From: Octopus vulgaris
Taxonomy: Eukaryota
NCBI GenBank assembly: GCA_951406725.2
Contig: OX597822.1
Coordinates: forward strand, 116,374,001-116,438,000
Reading direction: 5' to 3'
Length of the DNA stretch: 64,000 bases
A model generated the notes under the pieces. The model searched no databases. It was not told where the DNA came from and saw only the letters and a program-made list of their open reading frames with translations. A program made the translations under genes and the position numbers. Shown here in pieces: positions 24,708 to 37,199 of this stretch (the first letter of the stretch is position 1; every line of letters begins with the position of its first letter).

Positions 24708-25369
24708 ATTATTACACACAGACACACACATATGCATGCGCATGCACTCACATGCACACAAATAAGCACATGGATGCAAAACAATGTGCTAAGAAAATAG
24801 TTCTTGAATACCAAAGGTAGAGTAATTAATGACTTATTAAAGTCTTCACAAACTGTTACTCAGAGTTTCATTACACAACAAAATCCCCATAAACCACAAA
24901 CTCTTCAACAAGCTTAACATTGTAAGAATGAAGGACAACTCAGAAGACCAAGACCTCAAAATAGAAAAGGTTCACAGACAACAAGCATATTGAACCTATA
25001 TTCTGAACATCAGCTGCCTCACAGACACCACCATGATTTTGACACCTAATTAAGCAGGACTGCTGAATCTGCCAGTGTCTGTAGCACCGAAACCATAAAT
25101 GCTGCCCAGGAATCAATAGGCAAGTAGCCGGAGTGAAACATTAGCATAATGTGTCTATTGTGTCTATACCTGCTTATTATTACAAATGCCAACATTAAAT
25201 ATTAAAAGAAAACATGTTAAACATATAGCTACAATATGAAAAATTAAAAATTAGTATCTATAAATCAAAGAAATATCTCTCAAAAAGGACATTGCTACAT
25301 GTAATATTATAGAAAAAAGTAGAACTAGTGAACTAAATGTATTGAGTGAAATTTATTGAACCACTGATA

Positions 25370-25765
25370 ATCATCATCATCATCATCATCATCATTTAAC
25401 ATGTTGCATGGGTTGGATAGTTTGACCAGGGCTAGTAAGCTGATGGGCTGCACCAGACTCCAGTGTGATCTGGCATGGTTTCTATGGTTGGATGCCTTTC
25501 CTGCCACTCCGAGAGTGTAATGGGGGTTTTACGTGCCTCCAGCAGGGGTGCCAGTTGCGTGACACCAATATCTGCCACGACTATGATTTCACTTGGCTTG
25601 ATGGGTCTTCTTCTTGAGCATAGCATATTGCCAAAGGTCTTGGTCATTTGTCATTGCCTCTCTGTGGCCCAGTGCTCAAAAGGTGCTTTTTACGTGCCAC
25701 TGGTGTTGGCCACAATTGCTTCCATGAGGCCCAATGCTTGAAAGGTAATTTTTACATGACACTTG
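25370..25765 (-). mobile_element. Family A/RTE 3' end
   Basis: (CAT)n tail plus ORF-end remnant EAMTNDQDLWQYAM. Confidence 0.65.
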
Positions 25766-26023
25766 TATGTTAAATAATAAATTAATTAATTAATTAATAA
25801 TAAATATATAAATACATAATGGAGTCAATTCATTCAACTATAAGAATCCTTTAAGACAGTGCTGTAGCATGGCCATAGTCAAATGACTGAAACAAGTAAA
25901 ATATAAACGATAACAACATATATAAACAAACCTTTTGTCTTGATCTTAGAAGTATCAAATGTGTATTGTACGAGCAAGAAGGTAATAAATAAATTATATG
26001 AAATATGAAATACAGATAAGAGA

Positions 26024-26690
26024 AAAACTTGCAAATTATTACAAATTAATAGCATAAATAAAACAACCAAACTGGGAACAAATTGAATAAGTTATCATTT
26101 AATCATTTAAGGCATTCAATGCTTATGACATGGGAACATTTCAAACTAAACTTGTAGCCATTGAACAAACATAATAATTATGGTAAGTATTCACCCAGCT
26201 AAGTGTTGTCCCAGCGTAGCCGAAGTCTAATGACTGAAGCAAGTAAAAGATAAGCCAAATGATAGGCAGCTTTGCATTCTTTAACACATTCCAAAGAGGA
26301 AAACACACCAAGAATGAACTGAATGTAAAACAGCCGAACAATGTACTTCTTAACAAATCATGTGTTAAGGGAATAGACCAGCACAAATTGATATCTATTA
26401 AACGTATATCTAATTATAGAAAATAAACCAATTGCATACATTCCTTATTAAAAAAAAAATAATACAGAAAAACATAAAATAAATAAATTATACGAAATCT
26501 AAGATAATATGGATTTGACAAAACTTTCAAATTATTACAAATTAGTAACATAAATAAAGCCACCTAACTGGAAACAAATTGAATAAGTTATCATTTAATC
26601 ATAAGACATTAAATGTTTATGACTTGGGAAGAATTCAAGCTAAACTTTCAATGATTAAACAAACATAATAATTATGGTAAATATTTAGAC
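26024..26690. repeat. Diverged direct duplication (~165 bp, ~497-bp spacing)
   Basis: AAACTT..CAAATTATTACAAATTA...AACAAATTGAATAAGTTATCATTTAATCAT...AACAAACATAATAATTATGGTAA at 26024 and 26521. Confidence 0.75.
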
Positions 26691-26692
26691 AG

Positions 26693-26905
26693 AAGCACAG
26701 GTGTGACCGGGTGGTAAGAAGCTTGTTTTCCAACCACATGGTTCTGAGTTTAGTTCCATTGCATGAAACTTTGGGCAAGTGTTTTTTCTACTCTAGCTTC
26801 AGACCAACCAAAGCATTGTGAGCAGATTTAAGCGACAGAACTGAAAGAATCCCATCGTATGTGTGTGTGTGTGTGTGTGTTTGCCCACCCCCACCCCCAC
26901 CCCCG
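26693..26905 (+). mobile_element. Family B SINE 5' part abutting the LTR element
   Basis: Degenerate head and central (TG)n. Confidence 0.65.
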
Positions 26906-26906
26906 T

Positions 26907-29900
26907 CAGGTTTTGTGTCTGATTTGGTGAAAGTTGGTGTTAAGAAAACTCTCCCAGTTTCAGGTGTAGACTTGCTTATTGGAAATGATTCAGCAGGGTC
27001 CAAGGTTTTGTCTGATCCACATGTTAGCATTGAGCCAAGCACTTCTGAGAGCACTGAATCCCTTCAGGAAATTGTTCCTGGTATTTTTCCCTCATGTGTT
27101 GTGACTCGTTCTATGGCTAACTCAATTTCACAAGAGATTTCCAAAAACATCTCAAAAGAGATTTCAGATAACAGCACCTCAAAAGAGAATTTTAATGAGA
27201 ACGATAGTTATGATCTGGCTGGATATTTTTATGGATCATTCTCTAAAGGATTTCTTTTTAAGTGAGAGTACTTTTGTTCTGAGCAGTAAAGCTCAGTTTT
27301 TGGGGCCCGACCCTGTACTCACTCGTTTGCAGCTCATTTCATCTCAGGGCAACGATCTTGAAATTCAAACATTGGCTCACCAAGCACTTTCCAACAGTGA
27401 GGCTGTTGAGGTTCCTGTTTGTTATTACAACCAAAATGGTGTTTTGATGAGGAAATGGAGACCACCAGACGTTTCTGCAGAGGATGGATGGAAAGTGTTT
27501 CATCAAATTATTGTTCCTCAAGTCTATCGTGAACATGTGATCAGTTTGGCTCATGGCATTCCATTAACAGGTCATTTAGAAGTTAGCAAAACTTGTGATG
27601 GGATTTTGGCTCATTTCTTTTTGCCTAGATTGCATCAGGATGTGTCACAGTTTTGTAAGACTTGTCATTCTTGTCAGGAGGTAGGAAAGCCCAATCAAAA
27701 AATCCCTCCTGCCCCATTAAAGCCCATTCCTAGAGCCATTCAGTAGATTGTGTTGGCCCATTGTCAAAAACTAAGTCTGGAAATCAGTATCTGTTGACAG
27801 TTATGTCAACGAGGTTCCCTGAGGCTATCCCATTGAGGAAGATTACAGCTCCTGTGATAGTTAAGGCTTTGATCAAGTTTTTCACTATGGTTGGTTTGCC
27901 TAAAGAGGTTCAGTCTGATCAAGGGTCTAATTTCATGTCAAGTTTGTTTCAACAGGCAAAGTAATGAGTTGGGAATTAGGTTAAGTCTAGTGCTTACCAT
28001 CCGGAATCCCAAGGGGCTTTGGAAAGATTTCCTCAGACTCTTAAAAACATGACCAGAGTCTGTTGCTTTGAAACAGAGAAAGAATGAGATGAAAGCATTC
28101 AGTTGTTGTTGTTTGCCATTAGGGAGTCAGTTCAGGAGTCATTAGGATTTAGTCCCTTTGAGTTAGCTTTTGGTCACACTGTCAGGGGCCCACTCAAACG
28201 CTTGAAAGAATTATGGCTTAATGACCAATCCCAATTGAACTTGCTAGACTATGTGTCTACTTTTCAAAACAGACTTTCCAAAGCTACTGAGGTTGCCAGA
28301 GAAAATTTGAAGAAATCACAGGACAAAAGGAAAGCCATTTATGACAAAAACTGTAAAGCTTGAAATTTCAGTCCTGGTGACAAGGTTTTGGTGTTACTAC
28401 CCATTCCTGGTCAACCATTTTAGAGCCAAATACCATGGCCCATATTCGATTGATAAGAAAGTCCGTGATATGGTCTACATTGTTTAAACTCCAGGCAGCC
28501 GAAAACAAGAACGGCATTGTCACATGAACATGACCAAAAACTATTCCGAAAGGTCTAAAAGTGTTCCACCAAAAGTTGTTGCTATTGCCTCACCTATTGA
28601 TCATGATTCAGACAAGCTGAGAGAGGAATGTGAGCATTTGAAATTTGAGGATTTGGCTGAGAAGGCTTAACCCAGGTTTAAAAAATTCTGAAGTGAAAAG
28701 ATATCTCACCTCACTCCAGAACAACAATGTCAATTGTCAGATTTGCTTCATGAGTACATACATTTATTCCTGGATGTACCTGGTAGTACTGATTTAGTTA
28801 GTCATGATATTGATGTTAGTGATTCAAAACCTGCTAAGCAACATCCTTATAAAGTTAACCCACTCAAGTTGGAACATCTCTGAAAAGAGGTCAGCTACAT
28901 GTTGGAGAACGACATCATTGAACCAAGTGACGAGTGAGGGGAGCTCGCCGTGCATCCTGGTACCAAAGCCTGGTGGTACTGTTATACAGACCAAAAACGA
29001 ATGAACTCTTTGCCTAAGACAGATTCATACCTCATACCAAGAATTGATGACAGTATAGATAGAATCGGTCAAGTCAAATATGTGAGTAAGTTTGACTTAC
29101 TGAAGGGGTATTATCAAATTCCTTTAATGCGATGTGCCAAGAAGATTTCTGCTTTCGCTATGCCGGATGGACTATACCAATATAAAGTCATGCCATTTGG
29201 ACTGAAAAAGTGCCCCGGCCACTTTTCAACGCCTCATGAATAACATCACTTCAGGGCTTCAGGGCATCAAAACCTACATTGATGATGTCATCAGCCATTC
29301 TATGGAGTTGGATGAACATTTAAAGAGGATGTGTGCCTTCTTCAAGAAACTTACACTGGCAAAACTGACTATAAATCTTGCAAAATATGAATTTTCCCGG
29401 GCAAATGTGGTGTTTTTAGGGTATGTTGTTGGTCAAGGCCAGGTACAACCAGTTAAAGCAAAGGTAGAAGCTATTGCAAAATTCCCAGTTCTGTCAAACA
29501 AAAAGGAGCTTATGAGATTCCTGGGTATGGCTGGTTATTACAGAAAATTTTGTCCAAATTTCTTTGATGTTGTGGCCCCTCTCACTAATTTGTTGAAAAA
29601 AGGTGTCAAAATTGTTTGGAGTGACAATTGTCAGGCTGCGTTTGAGAAAGTAAAAGCCATTCGCATGAGTTCTCCAGTTTTGGTAGCACCAGATTTTGGG
29701 AAACCATTTAAGCCTTCCATTGATGCAAGTGACATTGGTGTCGGTGGTGTTCTGTTTCAATCAGATGCAGAGGGTGTTCATCATCCTGTTTGTTATTACG
29801 CAAAGAAATTTGACAAACACCAGCGAAATTATTCTACCATTGAGAAAGAAACATTTCGATGTATATTTGGGAAGCACCAAGTATCCCATTGAAGGGTTCA

Positions 29901-30321
29901 CCGAGTACAATCCGCTGACTTTTCTGCACAAGATGAAGAAGAAAAATCAGAGATTCATGAGATGGAGTTTATCTTCGCAAGAATTTAATCTCAATATTCA
30001 ACATATTAAAGGCAAAGACAACGTCTCTGTGGATGCCCAATCTCGAATCAGCTGATTGTGACAGGATGCTGCATGTATTTGTATCCCTTATGCAGTTCTT
30101 ATATTTTGTCATTGTAAATAAGAAAGTTTTCACTGCGTTCAGCTTTCTTCCTTTAAAAGGGGAGAATGTTGTGCATATCTGTAACCAGTGCAAATAACGA
30201 GAAAATATAATGAAGGAAGAGAACTTGGAATGTTTTCTGAATGAAGCTTCAGAATCTGGTTGAGGGGAGATAAGCAGTTGTGAGGAGAGAGATGACTTTG
30301 TCTGGCAGGATTGAAATGATG

Positions 30322-30353
<32 letters not shown>

Positions 30354-30638
30354 CATACAGGAAGTTAGCAAGCAATGAGACGGGTAATCTCGTTGGCTTC
30401 CTGTTAAAAAGAGAAAAAGGAAAATCCAAAGGGGAGAGTTTAGAGTACAGCAGCAGCATTGCATGGAAAGTACGAAATACAAGAGAGAGAGAGAGCTGCA
30501 TACGGATCGGACTGTTTAAAACATAACTTTGAACAATCAAAGACTGGATTCTTTGGATATTAACTTATTTGCAAAGGGATCGCTAAAATATCAAATATAT
30601 CCTTTAAATTGTCTTATATAAAATACATTTTTGCTACA
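26907..30638 (+). mobile_element. Decayed Gmr1-type Ty3/Gypsy LTR retrotransposon (PR-IN-RT-RH), 5'-truncated
   Basis: Protease end LPVSGVDLLIGND; IN HHCC (AHGIPLTGH...CHSCQ), rve (SDQGSNF, YHPESQGALER), GPY/F; then RT (PRIDD, FDLLKGYYQI, YIDD); RNase H (DASDIG...NYSTIEKE); many stops and frameshifts. Confidence 0.92.
30167..30638 (+). repeat. Putative 3' LTR
   Basis: Polypurine tract AAAAGGGGAGAA (30155-30166) then TGTTG; probable end ...GCTACA (uncertain). Confidence 0.6.
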
Positions 30639-30754
30639 TAATTTCATCCTTGAATGTTAATTCACTGATTTTACAATTCTGTTGTTGCATTCAGAAGTTC
30701 ACCCCTTGTATACCCAAGAATTTGCCTGATCCTAACAATATATATGTGTAGGTG

Positions 30755-30807
<53 letters not shown>

Positions 30808-30808
30808 A

Positions 30809-30849
<41 letters not shown>

Positions 30850-30850
<1 letters not shown>

Positions 30851-31490
30851 CTGCCCATTCAAAGTACCTTGGATTCCAGAACATCCCGCTGTGCTTGAGG
30901 AGACCTATTGAGTCAAGTACATGAACATCAAAATAAATATCAATGGAAATAGTAGTTGTGATACCTGTGCTGGTGGCACATAAAAAGCACCATCCGAACG
31001 TGGCCGATGCCAGTGCCGCCTCGACTGGCTTCTGTGCTGGTGGCACATAAAAAGCACCATCCGAACGTGGCCGATGCCAGCGCCGCCTTGGCTGGCTTCT
31101 GTGCTGGTGGCACATAAAAAGCACCATCCGAACGTGGCCGATGCCAGCGCCGCCTCGACTGGCTTCTGTGCCGGTGGCACATAAAAAGCACCATCCGAAT
31201 GTGGCCGATGCCAGCGCCGCCTTGGCTGGCTTCCGTGCCGGTGGCACGTTAAAAGCACCAACCGATTGTGGCCGATGCCAGTCTCTTCTGGGACCTGTGC
31301 CAGTGGCATGTAAAAAGCACCCATGACACTCTCGGAGTGATTGGCGTTAGGAAGGGCATCCAGCTGTAGAAACACTGCCAGATCAGACTGGAGCCTGGTG
31401 CAGCCCCTGTCTTCCCAGACCCCGGTCAAACCGTCCAACCTGTGCTAGCACGGAAAACGGATGTTAAACGATGATGATGATGATGATGAT
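30850..31490 (+). mobile_element. Family A/RTE 3' end with ~6 internal tandem units
   Basis: Alternating near-identical ~66-67 bp units GTGCTGGTGGCACATAAAAAGCACCATCCGAACGTGGCCGATGCCAG; (GAT)n tail. Confidence 0.85.
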
Positions 31491-31705
31491 ATAATATATA
31501 TATATATGCATATATATATAAATATACATGTATATTTATTTTATAATTATAGACATAATTATAACAAAGGATTGGCTTTATGCCTCACCACACACTGTAG
31601 AAATAGACGCCAAATGCCATATTACCTCCTTAAAATCTCTGAGAATAACACTCTATATCATAGGCAAGGAAAAGAAAAATATTGAATCAACAACTTTTCC
31701 GTTAA

Positions 31706-31772
31706 CCACGTACAAAATCCTGTTTCAAGCTTAAAGTAAAGAAATATTCCCTACTGCTCTCTTCAGCGACGG
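31706..31772 (-). ncRNA. Hammerhead-like motif
   Basis: CCGTCG-CTGAAGA-GAGC...GCTT-GAAAC-AGGATTTT-GTA-CGTGG. Confidence 0.5.
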
Positions 31773-32040
31773 TATTCCATAGCATAAATTTATGAGTATC
31801 TCAAAATATGCATGCGAGCTGTGACATTGCATAACCAATATCTATTGACACTTGTAGAAATATACTGCAAAGTAGAAATTCACATCATTCTTTTATACCC
31901 ACGTTTAGTGTGTATATACTACATGTATATACATGTATATATAAGTTTAGCAAAATTTAGATTCAAATGAATATGGTACTTAGGTTAGATGCACCAGAAT
32001 TTTGTATGGTGTTATCCATATAAATCCGTGGGGTGATTAT

Positions 32041-32284
32041 AATCAAAATAAGCAACAAGAATATCTTCGTTAATTTTGGTACGATCGTTTCCCGCTATGT
32101 CATTTTATTAAACATTGTAAGTATTTCAACAGTTTTAAAATGTTGAGCAACCATCAGCCATTTATAGAGGTTTTCCATTAATACATATTTTCATATTAAT
32201 ATGAATGTTTACAATGTTTAATAAAATGATGTAGCGTGAAACGATCGTACCAAATTACTGAAGATATTCTTGTTGCTTATTTTG

Positions 32285-32288
<4 letters not shown>
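32041..32288. mobile_element. Penelope-like inverted repeat with hammerhead-like motif (32077-32160, minus)
   Basis: ~80-bp inverted arms; TGG-CTGATGG-...-GAAAC-GATC-GTA-CCA with palindromic helix III. Confidence 0.6.
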
Positions 32289-32327
<39 letters not shown>

Positions 32328-32329
32328 CG

Positions 32330-32700
32330 AGTGTGATTGTTGCCAGAGCAGCTAACTGTCGTTTGTACCAGTGGCACGTAAAAAGCACCATTTGAGCGTG
32401 ATCGTTACCAGCGTCGCCTTACTGGACTTGTGCCGGTGTGCAGGTGACACGTAAAAAAATCACGATTTTCCGTGACCGTTGCCAGTACCGCCTGACTGGC
32501 CCTCGTGTCGGTGGCACGTAAAAGCACCCACTACACTTTCAGAGTGGTTGGCATTAGGAAGAGCATCCAGCTGTAGAAACTCTGCCAAATCAAGATTGGA
32601 GCTTTGTGCAGCCATCTGGTTAGCCAGTCCTCAGTCAAATCATCCAACCCATACTAGGATGGAAGACGAACGTTAAATGATGATGATGATGATGATGATA
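32330..32700 (+). mobile_element. Family A copy
   Basis: GTGGCACGTAAAAGCACCCACTACAC...TGGCATTAGGAAGAGCATCCAGCTG...(GAT)n. Confidence 0.8.
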
Positions 32701-32734
32701 TATATATGTGTGTCTGGATCTTTCCTTCTCCTAT

Positions 32735-32769
32735 GTTTCCGACGAAGAGCTCTGCTCGAAACGTTAAAT
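32735..32769 (+). ncRNA. Minimal hammerhead-like motif, U4C core
   Basis: GTTT-CCGACGA-A-GAGC(TCT)GCTC-GAAA-CG-TT-AAAT; decayed copy at 60455-60490. Confidence 0.5.
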
Positions 32770-32912
32770 CCTCCTTCTTTCCTTCTTTCCTGAGCGTCCA
32801 ATAATACTATATTTGTTCCATGTCCTCGCGTTGTTGTGTTTTTTTGTGCTTTCATGTTTGGATTAACTTTATACTGTATATACATGTATATATGTATATA
32901 TGTATATGTCTG

Positions 32913-32948
<36 letters not shown>

Positions 32949-33110
32949 ATAATAATAAATCTCTGAATATGGCTAACCACTAACGGTGGATGTTACTGTA
33001 GTTTGTAGCCCCAGGAGAATATCTCCTCCAGCTGGCTATAGGCACACCTTCTGTGCCCTATCGGTATTTGCAAAGGGAGGTCATCCTTCCCTCGTCAACC
33101 TAAGTGATAC

Positions 33111-33153
33111 GCACGGACTGCAGTTTCTAGGCATTGACCTGTCCTCAGCGTCC
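33111..33153 (-). ncRNA. Minimal type-I hammerhead candidate
   Basis: GGACG-CTGAGGA-CAGG(TCAATG)CCTA-GAAAC-TGCA-GTC-CGTGC; palindromic ACTGCAGT helix III, GUC triplet; lies between direct repeats TAATAATAAATCTCTGAA (~32950, ~33245). Confidence 0.6.
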
Positions 33154-33297
33154 GACAATCACCGGTTTTCGATGGAAGGGTCCCAATGTAAATACATATA
33201 TTCTTTTTCCAGTGACCTTTTGTCACTGATCTTGAAAAAGTGTATAATAATAAATCTCTGAACGAGGTATAGACAGTAACTGCCCATGTATATGTAT

Positions 33298-33353
<56 letters not shown>

Positions 33354-33456
33354 TCATCATCATCATCATCGTTTAACGTCCGCTTTCCATGCTAGCATGG
33401 GTTGGACGGTTCAACTGGGGTCTGGGGAGCCCGAAGGCTGCACCAGGCCAGTCAGA

Positions 33457-33495
<39 letters not shown>

Positions 33496-34062
33496 GTATG
33501 TATATATGTATATAAGCATATATATATACATACTCACACACTCATGTATGTATGTATGTATATATGTATGTGTGTATGTTTGTAGTATGCATGTACAAAA
33601 GGCCTGCTTCTTACAGGCAAAAATGTTGGTGGTTCATTGGTATATGAATAATTGTTTTATACTCATTATTAAGTAAATATTTTATGCTTTGAAATGAGCA
33701 ATGGATGACAAGTAATATGTTGTAACATTTGTAATCTTTGTTTATTTCCGTGACTTTTCTCTGTATTGTTGAAACGATTGAATGAAGAACTAAATGCAAT
33801 ACCAACACCTGCATTTCTTAAAAGTTCATTATTATACTCCGTTACATGGTAATCTACCTGGGGATTCTCAGATGAAATGGTTTCTTTTAAAGAGCACTGT
33901 TTATTTCTGTGCACTGTTAGCCAGTATCTGCAGGAGTGCTGAGTGAGGTAACCACCTTGGATTTCTGGTTTTTTAATTTCCTTTAATCTGACATCATCAT
34001 CATCATCATTTAACATTTGTTTTCCATGCTGGTATGGGTTGGACCTGATGTATGTATGTATG

Positions 34063-34405
34063 TAAAGCTGGACTCAAGAGTCATCTTCGCAAAACGAGAC
34101 AGATGAGTGACAACTGGCCACTGGTGGTGGTGTAACACACCATACTAATCATATCTGTCAGGCATGTGGAAGAGAGTGTAATTCGGCAGGAGGACTTAAA
34201 CGACATGCAAAGGTACATTAAGCCCAGTTACAACTACAGCCGGCTATTACCGGTAAAGCTTTTAGCTGCCAATTCTGTACAAGACATTGTAGATCTTTAG
34301 CTGGGCTAAAAAGTTGCATTCGATCACAGTACCAGTAACAGTTAAGCTTCGTGCAATGGCCATACTTTATAATGAGGGGGCAGCCATAATAATGTATGTA
34401 TGTAT
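34063..34405 (+). mobile_element. LINE (RTE/BovB-like) 3' end with three C2H2 finger remnants and (TGTA)n tail
   Basis: KAGLKSHLR; CQACGRECNSAGGLKRHAKVH*; in frame CQFCTRHCRSLAGLKSCIRSQ; flanked by (TGTA)n. Confidence 0.65.
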
Positions 34406-34499
34406 GCATGTGTGTATGTATACTCTCATCTATTTCTAATTATTTAAATTCTTCCTCTGAGGAAGGAGCTTCATTGTTAGAATGCAGATAACGAAAACA

Positions 34500-35730
34500 A
34501 TGTCACATTTTAAACTTGAGAAAAGTCATGCAACTCTTTACTTGGGTTTGTATTTGTAATGTGCAGCTTAGCTGGTTGAATTTTCAGCTGATCCAAACTG
34601 TCAGTCAGGCATTTACTCACAAAACCAAGTATACCGATTGGTTTATTAGTATAAATGTAAATTTATAAACTGGATAAAGAAGCTGGAGGCTTTGAAACAT
34701 TTATCCATTGTTATCCTCTTTCACTTTGATTTTCAAAAGGATATTCACACCAGCAGGGACAGCATATCTCTATTATGGCTCATACTTTGTCTTGTCTGTC
34801 CCAAACAACAATATCTGGCCTGTTATGCTTACACATGACAAATGTTTTGATAGAAATGTTGCACCCGTATTCTTTGTCTTGATATTTGTGTACATATTCA
34901 ATAACAGGGGGTTCTCTATACTCATTTCAGGCTTATAACATGACAATATCAGGTTGCATAGGGAAGTAATATCTTGATGACATTCTTGGGTTGTTGCTAA
35001 TCACATGTGTGATGTCTTCTACGGAAATATGACATAATCTACATTTTCAGTTGTATCTTGGAACGCCAAGAGTTTTACTGTCTCTTTTGTTGATTAGGAA
35101 TTTCATAGCAAACTTCTGTTCTTGGATTGCAAATATATGGTGCAGTGGTTAGAGCACTGAGCTCACAATCATGAGGTTGTGAGTTCAATTCCTGGACCAG
35201 GCTGCATGTTGTGCACTTTTTGAGCAAGGTACTTTATTTCACATTGCTCCAGTTCACTTAGCTGTAGAAATGAGCTGCGACGTCACAGGTGCCAAGCTGT
35301 ATCGGCCCCTTTGCCTTTCCCTTGGATAACATTGATAGCATGGAGAGGGGAGGCTGGGCATGGGCGACTGCTGGTTTTCTATAAACAACCTTACCCAGAC
35401 TTGTGCCTCAGAGGGTAACTTTCTAAGTGCAATCTGATGGTCATGCTTGACTGAAGGGAGTCTTTGAGGTGTGATGTAACATAGCAGTCATGAGTCTAAG
35501 AAAGGCTTCTTTGCGTATCAATGTTACTTCCTACTCCAAGTCTTCAGAGAACATACCTACCCGATGCCTGATCTTGTCTTTTGGTATCCTGTGTGTTTCA
35601 CATCCAGGTCGTCTTTGAAGTATATTAGTCCAGCTGTTTTGGGGTTGTATGAGAGATCATGAGGAAGAGAGTGCTTCCTGAGGGGCTCACTGCCAGCATA
35701 CAGAAGGTTGTTCTCTTCACTTTTCACCAC
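34500..35730 (-). mobile_element. Decayed R4-clade LINE (CCHC plus restriction-like endonuclease)
   Basis: IDTQRSLS*THDCYVTSHLKD / IFAIQEQ...KCRLCHISVEDITHVIS / KHNRPDIVVWDR..IIEICCP / LQLLYPVYKF / CMTFLKFKM*. Confidence 0.8.
35138..35460 (+). mobile_element. Family D-like tRNA-headed SINE inserted in the R4 LINE
   Basis: TGGTGCAGTGGTTAGAGCAC...GAGTTCAATTCCTGGACC...TGAGCAAGGTACTTTATTTCAC. Confidence 0.7.
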
Positions 35731-35778
35731 TCTCAGTTAATGTATTTATTTTTGCTGCTGTTGTTTAGTAAGTGCTCT

Positions 35779-36173
<395 letters not shown>

Positions 36174-36339
36174 ACTATATTACATTCGAAGGCTGTCTGC
36201 ACTAATCTGAAGCCTCTACTTATTTTATCTCTTCTTAGGTAATATCATTATATGCATGTGTGTGTGTGTGTGTCTCTGTGCATGTGTGTGTGTGCATGCA
36301 TGTGTCTGTGTATGTGTGTGCGTGCATGTGTGTTTGCAT

Positions 36340-37157
36340 GTAGGCACAGGTGTGGCTGAGTGGAAAGTTGACTGCTTCCCAACCCACATGGTTCTGTGTT
36401 CAGTCCCACTACATGGCACCAGCACTGGATTAACCATTAAGCACGTGCTTAGGGCATCAGGGTAAGGAGGAGGCACCACAGAAATGGTAAATGGTTTATG
36501 GCACAAAAAAAATCTCTTTAAACTTGCTTAAATAATATTCGGGATGCATTTTGTACTGTACAAGTATGGATGCAGGTGTGTTACCTAAGATTAATTTTGA
36601 GGATCTGATCAAAGACTTTGCAATTAAAAAAAAGTGGGAGGAAGCTTTTCAAATATAAATTAAGTGAAAAGATGCAAAAATAAACATTATTTTCCATTTT
36701 ACTGTTTTGTTTCATTTTGAAAAAAACAAAATTATTTCATGGTTTGTTTTTGTGTATATTTTGAATTGTATAATCTTTTATGGTGGCACCAAAATCTTTT
36801 GAGTGCTTAGGGCCTTGATGGGTTTTAATCCGGTCCTGCATGGCACTTTTGGCAAGTGTCTTCTGAGCAAAGCCTTGCGAGAGGATTTGGTAGAGGGAAA
36901 CTGAATGAAGCCCATTGTACATATGTATACATGCGTGTGTTTCAGTGCATGCGTTTTGTTCTGCATCACCATGTGGCAACTGGTTTTGGCTTGTTTATAT
37001 CCCTGTAACTTAGCAATCTAGCAAAAGAGATTAATAGAATAAGCACCAGGCTTAAAAAATAAATACTGGGGTGGGGGGTGATTTGTTCGGCTAAACCCTT
37101 CAAGGTGGTGCCCCAGCATGGTCACAGTTCAATGACTGAAACAAGCAAAAGATAAAC

Positions 37158-37158
<1 letters not shown>
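36340..37158 (+). mobile_element. Family B SINE split by a hAT MITE
   Basis: Head to CATGGCAC, resumes at 36847 and ends AATGACTGAAACAAGCAAAAGA. Confidence 0.7.
36420..36838. mobile_element. hAT (Tip100-like) MITE
   Basis: 8-bp TSD CATGGCAC (36412-36419, 36839-36846); TIR CAGCACTGGATTAA / TTAATCCGGTCCTG. Confidence 0.8.

Positions 37159-37199
<41 letters not shown>

Noticed and set aside
30960-31320. CRISPR-like array of palindromic repeats
   Set aside because: The intervening sequences are themselves repeated, there are no cas genes, and the array is internal to a LINE 3' UTR in a eukaryote
34141-34340. Host C2H2 transcription-factor exon
   Set aside because: In-frame stop, no TGEKP linkers, retroposon tail directly downstream
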